A DNA stretch of 64,000 bases, from NCBI RefSeq assembly GCF_009914755.1, contig NC_060945.1; one strand, written 5' to 3'. Made by a program: the position numbers and the translations under genes. Origin of the DNA: the human T2T-CHM13v2.0 reference genome, Homo sapiens. This document shows positions 1-35,890 of this stretch, one piece after another (position 1 is the stretch's first letter; each line of letters starts with the position of its first letter). The notes below the pieces were generated by a model. It saw only the letters and a list, made by a program, of their open reading frames with translations, was not told the DNA's origin and searched no databases.

Positions 1-90
1 TCAACAGTATGCTGTGGTATATTCTACAATGATTCTACACAATTGTAGATTGCATTAGAATAATGTTTTTTAAAATTATTTTCTCGGTAA

Positions 91-437
<347 letters not shown>

Positions 438-587
438 AAAATTTTATTTTTTAATAATGCCAAGTGATTTCATTTTAAATTAAACTGCACCATAAATTGG
501 ATTATTTTCCTGCATGAGTACCTTGCTCTTCAAACAAAAACATTTTTTGAAGACCAAATATATTGCATAGTTTTTTTTAAAAAAGCT

Positions 588-876
588 CTGCCTGTGTGCA
601 TTGGCTTACGCCTGTAATCCCAACACTTTGTGGAGGCTGAGGGAGGAGGACTGTTTGAACCCATGAGTTTGAGACTGGCCTGGGCAACACAGTGAGACAC
701 TGGCTCTACAAAAATCTTTCTTTAAAAGTTAGCCAGGTATGGTGGTGCACAGCCATGGTCCCAGACACTTGGGAGGTTGAGGTGGGAGGATAGCTTGATC
801 CTGGGAGGTTGAGGCTGCAGTGAGCTACGATTGCACTCCCGCCTGGGTGACAGAGCAAGAATCTGTCTCAAAAAAT
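588..876 (+). mobile_element. Alu (J-type)
   Basis: ggcttacgcctgtaatccc ... gaggttgaggctgcagtgagc ... tctcaaaaaaa. Confidence 0.9.
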
Positions 877-1619
877 GTTCTTACTGTATAAGAAATTATG
901 AATGACATTTATTTTGTTAAAACAGTATATTTTATCTACAAAAGGAGTAAAAGACAGTAATAGAAAAATTGGCACATAAAGAAACAAAAATGCTAAAAAA
1001 TTCAAATTTACCAATAATCCTATCACCTAAATTGATAATTTTTAATATAATTAAATGTAGGATTTTAAAATAAATTTCTTTTAATTTATTTATTTAAACA
1101 TATAGATTATTTTTAGACCCTCTTCAGACATCCCCTGTTGAATAAGTTCCATGATTTACAGGCTTACTCTCTCTATTGTTAAATACTGTATTGCTTTCAA
1201 TGAACAACATTTTTTATAAACATATTCACAGAAACAAATTTGGGCACATTGAGACATGTTTTCTTTTCAAAAAGTCCTAGCACTTTAATTACTGTGTAAA
1301 GAGATATTAGTGTATAATTTTCACACATATTGACTAACATCCCTGCAAAATGTTGAATCAATTTATACTTTCAGCACCAATCGGCAAATTAATGTCCATT
1401 ATGCTTTAGCTTCACCAAAACTGATACCTATATTTTATTTTGCTAGACAAAAATACATATTATCTTAATTTGCATAACTGTATTTAATAGAAAGATTAAA
1501 TTTTTTTCAGATGTATCATAGGGCATCATTTTTTCTTGAGTCTGGTGGGTGCTTAGTTCCTTTAAAGCATTAATCATGTATACATTAATTTTATGTGCAA
1601 AACAATCATTAAGTACAAT

Positions 1620-5637
<4,018 letters not shown>

Positions 5638-5948
5638 TGCCAGGTGCAGTGGCTCACACCTGTAATCCCAGCACTTTGGAAGGCAGAGGTGGGGCAATCA
5701 ACAGAGGTCGGGACCAGACTGACCAACATGGAGAAACCCCATTTAGAACTAAAAATGCAAAATTAGCTGGGCGTCGTGGCGCATGCCTGTAATCCCAACT
5801 GCTCAGAAGGCTGAGGCAAAAGAATGGCTTCAACCCGGGAGGTGGAGGTGGCAGTGAGCCAAGATCACACCACTGCACTCCAGCCTGGGCAACGGAGCGA
5901 GACTCCATCTCAAAAAACCAAACCAAACTAAACCAAAACAAAAAAAAC
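5638..5948 (+). mobile_element. Alu (S-type, with an internal deletion), no evident TSD
   Basis: gccaggtgcagtggctcacacctgtaatcccagcac ... gagactccatctc then (CAAAA)-like tail. Confidence 0.9.
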
Positions 5949-6019
5949 CCTGAAATCATATCAATTATTTTTTCTGACCGGAATGGAAGAGTATTAAAAA
6001 ATCAGTAACAGGAGGAATT

Positions 6020-7335
6020 TTTTTCCCGACCGTCTTTGGCTCCCTCTCTCGCCACCCTTTTTCTTCCTCCATCTACCCCAAAACTTTTTCCCCACCATTT
6101 TTTCCCCATTGTCTTTTTGCAAAGCCTTCTATACTATACCGCTCACTTCCGTTTTCCCCACCCATCTACCCCAAAACTTTTCCCCACCGTGTTTTCTCCC
6201 TCTCTCTGGCCACCCTTTTTTCCGCCTCCCGCTCTCATCATCCTCTTTTGCTCCTTCATCTCCCCAAAAACATTTCCCTCATCTTTTCCCAAAGCCTTCT
6301 CCCCACTCCTGCTGCTCGCCACCCTCTCTTTCCCCTTCCGTCTACCCAAAAACTGTTTCCCTATCGTCTTTTTTCCCTTCCTCCTTGCCACCCTTTCCCT
6401 TCTCCATCTACCCAAAAACATTTTCCCGCCGTCTTTTTGCAAAGCCTCTTCTCTACTCCTGCTCACCACGCTCTTTTAACCCATCTACCTCCCCAATTTT
6501 TCCCTGCCATCTTTTCACAAAGCCTTCCCCTCTTCCCGCTCGCCCTCTTCTTTCCTCTATCCTGCTTGCCACCCTCTTTTTGCCCTCCATCTACCCCAAA
6601 CTATTTTCCCCATCGCCTTTTTCCCAGTCCTCTTTCCCCACTTCCTCTGGCCAAACTTTCTATTCTCCCCCCGCTTGTCACCCTCTTTTCCCCCTCCATC
6701 TACCCAAACACTTTTTACCCACTGTCTTTTCTTTCTACACTTTCTTTTCTGCCTATCGTCTTTTCGCAAAACCTTTTCTCTTTCCCGCTCGCCACCCTCT
6801 TTACCCTTCTCCCACTGGCCACCCTCTTTCCCCCCCTCCATCTACCCAAAAGCTTCTCTCCTCACTGTCTTTTTGCAAAACCTTCTCTCCCTCCTGCTCG
6901 CCACTCTCTCTTCCCCCTCCCTCTCTGCAACCTCTTTTCTCCTCCCACTTGTCACCCTTTTGCCCCCTCCATCTACTCAAAATCTTTTTACCCACAGTCT
7001 TCTTTCCCTTTCTTCTCTCCCCACCATATTTTTGCAAACCTTCTCTCTCCTTCCTGCTCATCCCCGTTCCCCTCTCACGACCCTCTCTTACCCCCTTCCA
7101 TCTACCCAAAAACTTTTTCCCCACCATCTTTCTGTGAAACCTTCTCTACCTCCTGTTCACCACCCTGTTTTTCCCCCTCCATCTACCCCCCAATTTTTTT
7201 TTCCCCAACATCTTTTCCTCATCGTCTTTATGCAATGCCTTCTCCGGCTCACCATCCTTTTTTCCTTTTGGCACTAACCACCCTCTTTACCCTTCCATCT
7301 ATCCCGAAACTATTTTCCCCTTCCTACCTTTCCAG
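6020..7335. repeat. Diverged pyrimidine-rich tandem array, core ccatctaccc(c)aaaa
   Basis: Core recurs about 13 times at ~65-140 bp spacing; + strand is C/T-rich and G-poor. Confidence 0.9.
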
Positions 7336-7915
7336 CCACACTACAGTGTCTGTCGCCACCAACTGCAGGGAGGCCAGCCACGGTGCAGCAGGCTACAGCC
7401 TCCAGTCTGTCCTGGTCCTCTAAGCCGGGCTCGGAGCAGCTCGGTGAGCAGACACAGAAGAACCTGGAACAGCCTGACTCTTCTTCAGCCCCATTTATGT
7501 ACTGAAGTTATGAATATGCGGTTCGTGGACTACACGTTCCAGGATTGGATAAGAGAAAGCCCAGAGGCCTACTCTGATTGGACTTTGTTATCATGTTCTG
7601 ATTGGATGAAAGAAAGTCTTAGGACAACCAATCAGTGTATGAAAATAAAGTCCAATCAGAGAAGGCCTAGAGATTTTCTCTCACCCAATCAGAACATGTA
7701 GTCCAGAAACCATGCGCATAACCCCATGTGCATGCTGAGGAGGCCTCACGCCAGTTTAGGGTCTCCGGTATCTCCCGCTGAGCTGCTCTGTTCCCGGCTT
7801 AGAGGACCAGGAGAAGGGGGAGCTGGAGGCTGGAGCCTGTAACACCGTGGCTCATCTCGCTCTGGATGGTGGTGGCAACAGAGATGGCAGTGCGGCTGGA
7901 GTGTTAGGAGAGTGG
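7320..7915. promoter_or_regulatory. BAGE promoter: diverged inverted repeat with 3 ATTGG + 3 CCAAT boxes and mirrored GGACTACA motifs
   Basis: ATTGG at 7544, 7577, 7601; CCAAT at 7628, 7652, 7685; ggactacacgttc (~7527) mirrored by gaacatgtagtcc (~7692); lies directly upstream of and over exon 1. Confidence 0.85.
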
Positions 7916-7948
7916 CCTGAGCAGTAGGATTGGGGCTGGAGCAGTAAG
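7749..7948 (+). other. BAGE: BAGE exon 1 5'UTR, containing uORF 7866-7907 (MVVATEMAVRLEC*)
   Basis: Matches my recollection of the BAGE cDNA 5' end (cgcca.tttagggtctccggtatctcccgctgagctgctctg...); start site is from memory; uORF read directly from sequence. Confidence 0.75.
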
Positions 7949-7963
7949 ATGGCAGCCGGAGCG
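7949..7963 (+). CDS. BAGE: BAGE-family coding exon 1 (MAAGA)
   Basis: aagATGGCAGCCGGAGCG|gtaaga: good Kozak (A at -3, G at +4) and good donor; joins in phase 0 to 9433. Confidence 0.92.
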
Positions 7964-8129
7964 GTAAGAGTGCAGCCTGAGCGGTAGGAGGGTGGCTGGC
8001 AGCTGGAGCTGCTCTTGACCGGCTAGAGGTCTAGGAGAAGGTGGGGACCGTGCCCAACACTGGCGGCTGGAGCCTTGGCCACCGCGGCTCGCCTGGCTGC
8101 AGTTGGAGGTGGCGACGGAGACTGCATCT

Positions 8130-8900
8130 CTGTTAGAGTAGTAGAAAGGTGGCAGGGTAGGTGCGCTCTCTGTGGCTGCACTGCCCGCTTGCGGGGTGGT
8201 GGGGGAGCGGGTTTGGTGTGCTTTTGGAGCTGCACTGCCTGCCGCAGGGGGCTGGTGGGTGGCACTATCAGGTGTTGAATTGCTGGCAGTGGGGCAGGTT
8301 TGCTGCGCTATCAGAGTCTACACTGCCTAAGGTGGTGGGGGGTTGGAGGCAGGTTGTGTGTACCGTCGTGCACTGCCAGCAGCGGGTGGTGGGGGATTAG
8401 GGGCATTATTAGCTGCTACACTGGCTGATGCAGGGGGCGGGTTTGGTGAGCTATCGTGAGCTACAATGTCAGCAACAATGCCAACTGGCAGGCAGTCGGG
8501 GGTGCTTTAGGGGAGCTGTGAAATGTTGCATTGTCTGTGGGGGAAAGGGGAAGGTGGGGTCCAGGGGTTTGTTGGGTGCACTACCCCGGGCGTTCACTGC
8601 CTGCGACAGGAGCAGACTGGGGGCGCTATCTGGGGCTATACTGCTTGTGGTCCGGGTGGGGGGCGGGTTTGATGGGGTGCTATTTGGTGCTGCAACACCC
8701 ATGGTGGGGATAGGTTGTGGACACTATCAAGTGTTACACTGCCAGGAGCAGAGGGGTCATTTGGGGGCGCTATCAGTGTTACACTGCCTGCAGCAGTCTC
8801 TGGGTGTGTTGTGGGCACAATCCGGGGGCTAAGCGTGTGGTGGAGGGGGCAGGTTAGGGGCGCTATGGGGGGAAGCTGCACTGCTGCTTCCAGCGGCAGG
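8130..8900. repeat. Degenerate G-rich ~60-bp tandem array in BAGE intron 1
   Basis: About 10-12 variants of ggg(g)cgctatc..g.tacactgcc followed by G-runs (e.g. ~8262, 8306, 8621, 8720, 8765, 8858). Confidence 0.75.
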
Positions 8901-9432
8901 TTGTGGAGGTGGCCACGACAGTGGTGGCCTCTGAGGAAGGGGCCCTTCTCCTCTTCCCGGATTCAAGGCTCTAGAGTGTGAACAACTTCTGCTCGTGTTG
9001 GAGCGTGGAGGGTGCACAGAGTTTTTGTGGCAATCCTCTGACCACCGCAGGGCCCTCACACCCACCATGGTTACTCGGCCCTTGCCCTCTTGCTCTGTGT
9101 TGTGGGGACCATCTGGGAGCCCCAGGCATGGAGTAGTGGGCACCACGGGGGCTCAGGGTCCTGTGGGTGGAGGAGTAAGGAATGGGAACTGGTAATTGGG
9201 TTGGGAGGACTGGCTGGGTCTGAGTTTCTGCTGTTCTTGCTCCCCAAGGAGCCGCGGACACTGTGGTGTCTCCAGTCCCCACCCCAGGTCAGGAGGCCAG
9301 CTCGGTCTAGGAGGAGAGGCTGGACTTTGGAGGGTGGGTGTAAGTGCCTTCGCTGAAACTGGCCCCAGTCACCCAGTGGGCAGCATGACAGGGTGAGGCT
9401 CTAACACTGCCACTTTCTGCATCCTATTGTAG

Positions 9433-9537
<105 letters not shown>

Positions 9538-10407
9538 TTCATCTTCTGCGGTTGTGGCAGCCACGGTGATGGAGACGGCAGCTCAACAGGAGCAATAGGA
9601 GGGTACCCATGGAGGCCAAGTGGTAGGATCCTTGGAGGGTGGGCAGGTGCATGGAAGGTGACAGCAGCGCTGATTCCTTTGGTGTCGGCGCAATGGTGGC
9701 AGCAGCAGCAAGTCTAGGGGCCAGGAAGGGGAAGTAGGAGAGCTTTGGGGCCCGGCCCGGCCTGGGGTGGGTAAGAAGCTGCTGGTTCTGTACTGCAGGC
9801 CTCAGTGACAGTGGTGGAGGTGCAGCCAGGGCAAGGAGGAGTCCTCCCCCTTCTCCTGTGGTCTCTGGTCTCTGGAGGGTGCCCTCCTTCTGCTAGCATC
9901 TGAGTCAGGTGTGAGTGGCAGCATTGTTTCATTCTTAACAGAATTTAGGGGCTTACTATTTGTGTATCTTTTTGTTTTTGGTTGTGATAACCCTTAAGGG
10001 ACAAAAGGCTTCTTTGGCTGAGTTTTGGTGTCATGGGATCCCCCCATGTAAGACACAGGGTGCTTTCCTGGCAAGCTGTGTGTTGGAGGGAGTTCACCAA
10101 GGGGAAGAAAGGGAACCTCTCAGGAAGGTGGCTGCTGTGGCAGGTCCCCTGCCTCTGGGCACCCTTTAGGCCACCTAGTTTCCCCTGTGGAAGAGGGGAG
10201 GCTTAGACCGTTATCACTTGTATCATCAAAGAGGCATCCTGGCTGGGCCAGTTGATTTGACCTTCCCACTTCTTCAGCCCACCTGCCCATGGTGTCACCT
10301 GGGAAAACTGGAACCTCAGGCCACAGGGGCAGAGGCTTCTCCGGCAGGCTGATTGCTATAGCGGATTCTGTTCTGCCTGCTGCTCAGGAGGGCTTCTATG
10401 GCCACCG

Positions 10408-10985
10408 ATCACTGCAACCTCCGCCTCCTGAGATCAAGCGATTCTCCTGTCTTAGCCTCCCAAGTAGCTGGGATTACAGGCGTGCTACCATGCCCGGCTA
10501 ATTTTTTTTGTTGCTGTTTGTTTTTTTTTAGATGAGTCTCGCTCAAGATGAGTCTCGCTCTGTTGCCCAGGCTGGAGTGCAGTGGCGTGATCTCGGCTCA
10601 CTGCAAACTCCGCCTCCTGGGTTCACGCCATTCTCCTGCCTCAGCCTCCCTCCCGAGTAGCTGGGACTACAGGCGCCTGCCACCATGCCCGGCTAATTTT
10701 TTGTATTTTTAATAGAGATGGGGTTTCACCGTGTTAGCTAGGATGGTCTTGATCTCCTGACCTCGTGATCTGCCCACCTCAGCCTCCTAAAGTGCTGGGA
10801 TTACAGGTGTGAGCCACCACGCCTGGCCTATGCCTGACTAATTTTTGTATTTTTAGTAGAATACTAAAAATACAGGGTTTTGCCATGTTGGCCAGGCTGG
10901 TCTTGAACTCCTGACCTCAAGTGATCTCCCCTGCCTTGGCCTCCCAGAATGCTTGGATTACAGGCATGAGCCACCATGCCCAGCT
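10408..10985 (-). mobile_element. Truncated Alu with a younger Alu (~10503-10828) nested in its linker
   Basis: TSD-like atgcccggctaatttt / atgcctgactaatttt flank the inner Alu; the outer Alu lacks its tail end. Confidence 0.88.
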
Positions 10986-11202
10986 CTGATCTCTTATTTT
11001 TATTAAAGTTTTGAAATGCCACTCCCTAAAAAGGCTGCATCAATTTGTAATGTCATTAGCAATGTGTGATAGGTCTAGTTTTATCAAACCTTTGTCATGT
11101 ATAATATATAAAAATCTTTATCTTAACAACTGAAAAAAAGTACTTTAGTTCTAAGTTTTTGCTTACTTGATTAGTAGGACTAACGAATATTTTGAATTTC
11201 TT

Positions 11203-22838
<11,636 letters not shown>

Positions 22839-23129
22839 TACAGATACCTTTTAAGGTGGTTCTAAAGCCTCAGAAATTATTTATCCTGAAGAGGAAGGTT
22901 AAACTAAAGTTTTATTCATTGCATTATGGGGGAAAGTTTAGGCAGAGTATCTTACGGTTTTGTTTTTCATTAAAAGATCACTATTCTTTCAGATTTTAAG
23001 TCCATTTAAAAACTTCAAATAGTAATATATGTATGTAGTTGAAAAAAGTCTAATAGCCCAGAATGCTTGTAATAAGGATCAAGAATTCTGTTTCACTCCT
23101 TAGTGCCACTCTCCAAACAACTTTTTTGT

Positions 23130-24815
<1,686 letters not shown>

Positions 24816-25057
24816 GGAAACTTTCAAATTATTTCTTCCTGTGGTATTGTTGTGACTATATAGTATACGTATGTTATGATTTATGATTTATGATTGATTT
24901 CTGCTCTGATAAAGGAGGATTTGGCTTCTTTACATCTACTTCTCCAATAGATTTTTAAAAAATCACTTTTAATTTCTTTGCTAGTTATCTCTGCAGTTTA
25001 TATCAGAACTTTCCTTCATGTTATATAGACTGTCGATCTTGATTTACCAATCAGTAA

Positions 25058-33009
<7,952 letters not shown>

Positions 33010-33871
33010 TCAGGCACAATGTGATATCATTTATAAATATTAGAGAATGTAGTTCTAAAAAGTGAAGACTTAAGAAAAACCTAATACCACCATCATACTC
33101 AAAAAAAAAAATTGACAGTTAAATCCATAATATCATCAAATATTCTATGTTCAGGTAAACATGTCTCAGTTTTTAAAAGTATTTGAATAAGGCTTACATA
33201 TTGCGATTAAGTCTCTTAATCTGTAGGTTACCACCTTCCTTTTTATTCTCGCACTTTATTTGTTAAAGAAATGGGTTATTTGCCCTGTAGAGTTCCCGTA
33301 GTCAGGATTTTGCTGATTCCTGAGATTCAATACCAGGTTTATCCCTGATATTTCTCTATTTTCTGTATTTCCAAATGAGTAGTTGGAACCAGAGGCTTGG
33401 TCAGAGTCAGGTTCAGTCTTATTTTACAAGACTGCTTTGTAGTTGTGGTGCATTCGTTCATCAGGAGGCACAAAATGTGATTGTCTCTTTTTGTGACACT
33501 AGCAACTGTTGGTGACTAATGCCTAGATCCATTGATTCATTAAGGGTTGTAAAATGATAATGTTCTAGTTGTGTTACTCCTTTATTTTATTATCTGGAAT
33601 ACTGTTTTATAAAAAGAAAAGTTTCCATCACCTCTTACTTGGTTGCCCAGTGTAACTGTTCATATGGGAAAGGCAGAATAAATGTTTGCTTGTTTACCTT
33701 TCTTTACCAGTTTCCAGTGTAGTCAGTAGGTTCACTGTATTTTCCAGCTGTGATTAATAAATTTTTAAAACTATTATTTTTAATGTATCTGTTACTGTAT
33801 AGGACAGTATCTGGAAATACCCAAAGACAAGATCTCTAAAGAAGTCATTGGCTAGTGGTGGATCAGTGCAG

Positions 33872-34963
33872 TGTGGTGGTGGTGGTAGCGGTGGTGGTGG
33901 TGGTGGTGGTGGTGGTGGTGATGGTGGTGATGGTGGTGGTGGTGGTGATGCTGGTGGTGGTGGTGGTAGTGGTGATGGTGGTGGTGGTGATAGTGGTAGT
34001 GGTGGTGGTGGTGGTAGTGGTGGTGGTGGTAGTGGTGGTGGTGGTAGTGGTGATGGTGGTGGTGGTAGTGGTAGTGGTAGTGGTGGTGGTGGTGGTGGTC
34101 GTGGTGGTAGTGATGGTGGTAGTGGTGGTGGTGGTGGTGGTGGTCATGGTTTTAGTGGTGATAGTGGTGGTGGTGGTGGTGATGGTGGTGGTACTGGTGG
34201 TGGTAGTGGTGGTGGTGGTGGTGATGATGGTGGTAGTGATGGTGGTAGTGGTGGTGGTGGTTTTGGTGGTAGTGGTGGTGGTGGTGGTAGTGGTGGTGGT
34301 GGTGGTGGTGATGGTGGTGGTGGTAGTGGTAGTGGTGGTGGTGGTGGTGGTCGTGGTTTTAGTGGTGATGGTGGTGGTGGTGATGATGGTGCTGGTGCTG
34401 GGGGTGGTGGTGGGAGTGGTAATGGTGGTAGTGGTGGTAGTGATGGTGGTAGTGGTGGTGGTGGTGGTAGTGGTGGTGGTAGTGGTGGTGGTGGTGGTAG
34501 TGGTGGTGGTGGTGGTGGTGGTAGTGGTGTTGGTGGTGGTAGTGGTGATGGTGGTGGTGGTGGTGGTGGTAGTGGTGGTGGTGGTGGTGGTGGTGGTGGT
34601 GGTAGTGGTGGTGGTGGTGGTAGTGGTGATGGTGGTGGTGGTGGTGGTAGTGGTGGTGGTGGTAGTGGTGGTGGTGGTGGTGGTGGTGGTGGTGGTAGTG
34701 GTAGTGGTGATGGTGGTGGTGGTGGTAGTGGTGGTGGTGGTGGTCGTGGTTTTAGTGGTGGTGGTGATGGTGGTGGTGCTGGTGGTGGTGGTAGTGGTGG
34801 TGGTGGTAGTGGTGGTGGTAGTGGTGGTGGTAGTGGTGGTGGTGGTGGTGGTGGTGGTGGTAGTGGTAGTGGTGGTGGTGGTGGTGGTGGTGGTGGTGGT
34901 GGTAGTGGTGGTGGTGGTGGTTGTGGTTTTAGTGGTGATGGTGGTGGTGGTGGTAGTGATGGT
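33872..34963. repeat. Interrupted (GGT)n trinucleotide tract, ~1.09 kb
   Basis: Directly visible; variants AGT, GAT, GCT, CGT and TTT keep the phase. Confidence 0.98.
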
Positions 34964-34999
34964 TTTATGCACAGGGGGGATAATACAGCAGAGGCATTA

Positions 35000-35890
35000 A
35001 GCTTGAAATCAGGAAAGAGCTCTGGAGTTATCCTTGAGCTGTGTTTTGAAGGTTGAGTAGCAGTTTGCTATTGGAGGAGGTAGAGGTTACTTTTCAGGCA
35101 GAGGGAGCAGCATGTGCAAAGGCTCTGAGATGTGAGAGTTTGTTAATGAAGAAATTTGGTAGGGCTGGAAGCTCAGTGAGCTTGGTGCGAGAGAGTCAAG
35201 AGATGAGGCTTTAGAAGTAGTATGGGTTTTAAGTCATTCCAAGGAATAGTTTTGATTTAACTCTGAAGGCCATGGAGAGACATTGAAAGGTTTTATCCAA
35301 GTGAATGATGGAAGGAGCAAACTGTGGAACCCTTGGGGCAGCACTGAGAAGAGCGACTCATGATGCCCCTTTTCTGAACTGCTTATACAGATTTGATTCT
35401 CATTCTTGGCATTACTCCTGATTCCTCCTTCGTTTACATGCACACGCACCTACACACACACAAAGACACACAGAGACACACGTCTGCCTCTCGGATCTCC
35501 TTCTAGAGTCTTAGTTCTTGTTTTTTCAGAATTTGGGCAACTAACAAGGCTAGAAAGGAGGCCATCTAAAAAAGCGATTGGTGTTGAAAAGTTGCTGCTC
35601 CCGTCCTAGCAGCACAACTCTTCACTTCATAGTAATGGGAGTAATGACGATGATGAGTGTGGACAACTAATGAGCACTTAACTGTAGTACCAGGGACTAT
35701 TCTCAGAATTCATTAGTGTGACAACCCTCTAAGGTAGGGTCTGTTATCCCCATTATACAGATGTGGCAGAAACGGCAGGGAGAAGTTAAGTGACTTGCTT
35801 AAGGTAATAAACGTAGTAAGAAGCAGAGGTGGAATTGAACCTGAACAGTTTGCATCTAGAGTTCATGCTCATAACATTCTATTTATTGCC
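35000..35890 (-). mobile_element. L2 fragment (~35000-35320) and MIR (~35660-35890)
   Basis: ggagcagcatgtgcaaaggctctgag (L2); gacaaccctctaaggtagg...cccattatacagatg...agaagttaagtgacttgcttaagg (MIR). Confidence 0.75.

Noticed and set aside
6036-7423. Long Pro/Phe/Ser/Leu-rich ORFs (342 and 391 aa)
   Set aside because: Stop codons are rare in a pyrimidine-rich repeat; several frames are open and starts are non-ATG.
6020-8900. CRISPR-like repeat-spacer array
   Set aside because: Primate DNA; units and spacers are degenerate relatives of each other; no cas genes.
33848-35056. Loricrin/keratin-like Gly-rich or mucin-like Thr-rich protein gene
   Set aside because: Pure trinucleotide repeat; the Gly frame starts at TTG; no promoter or exon context.
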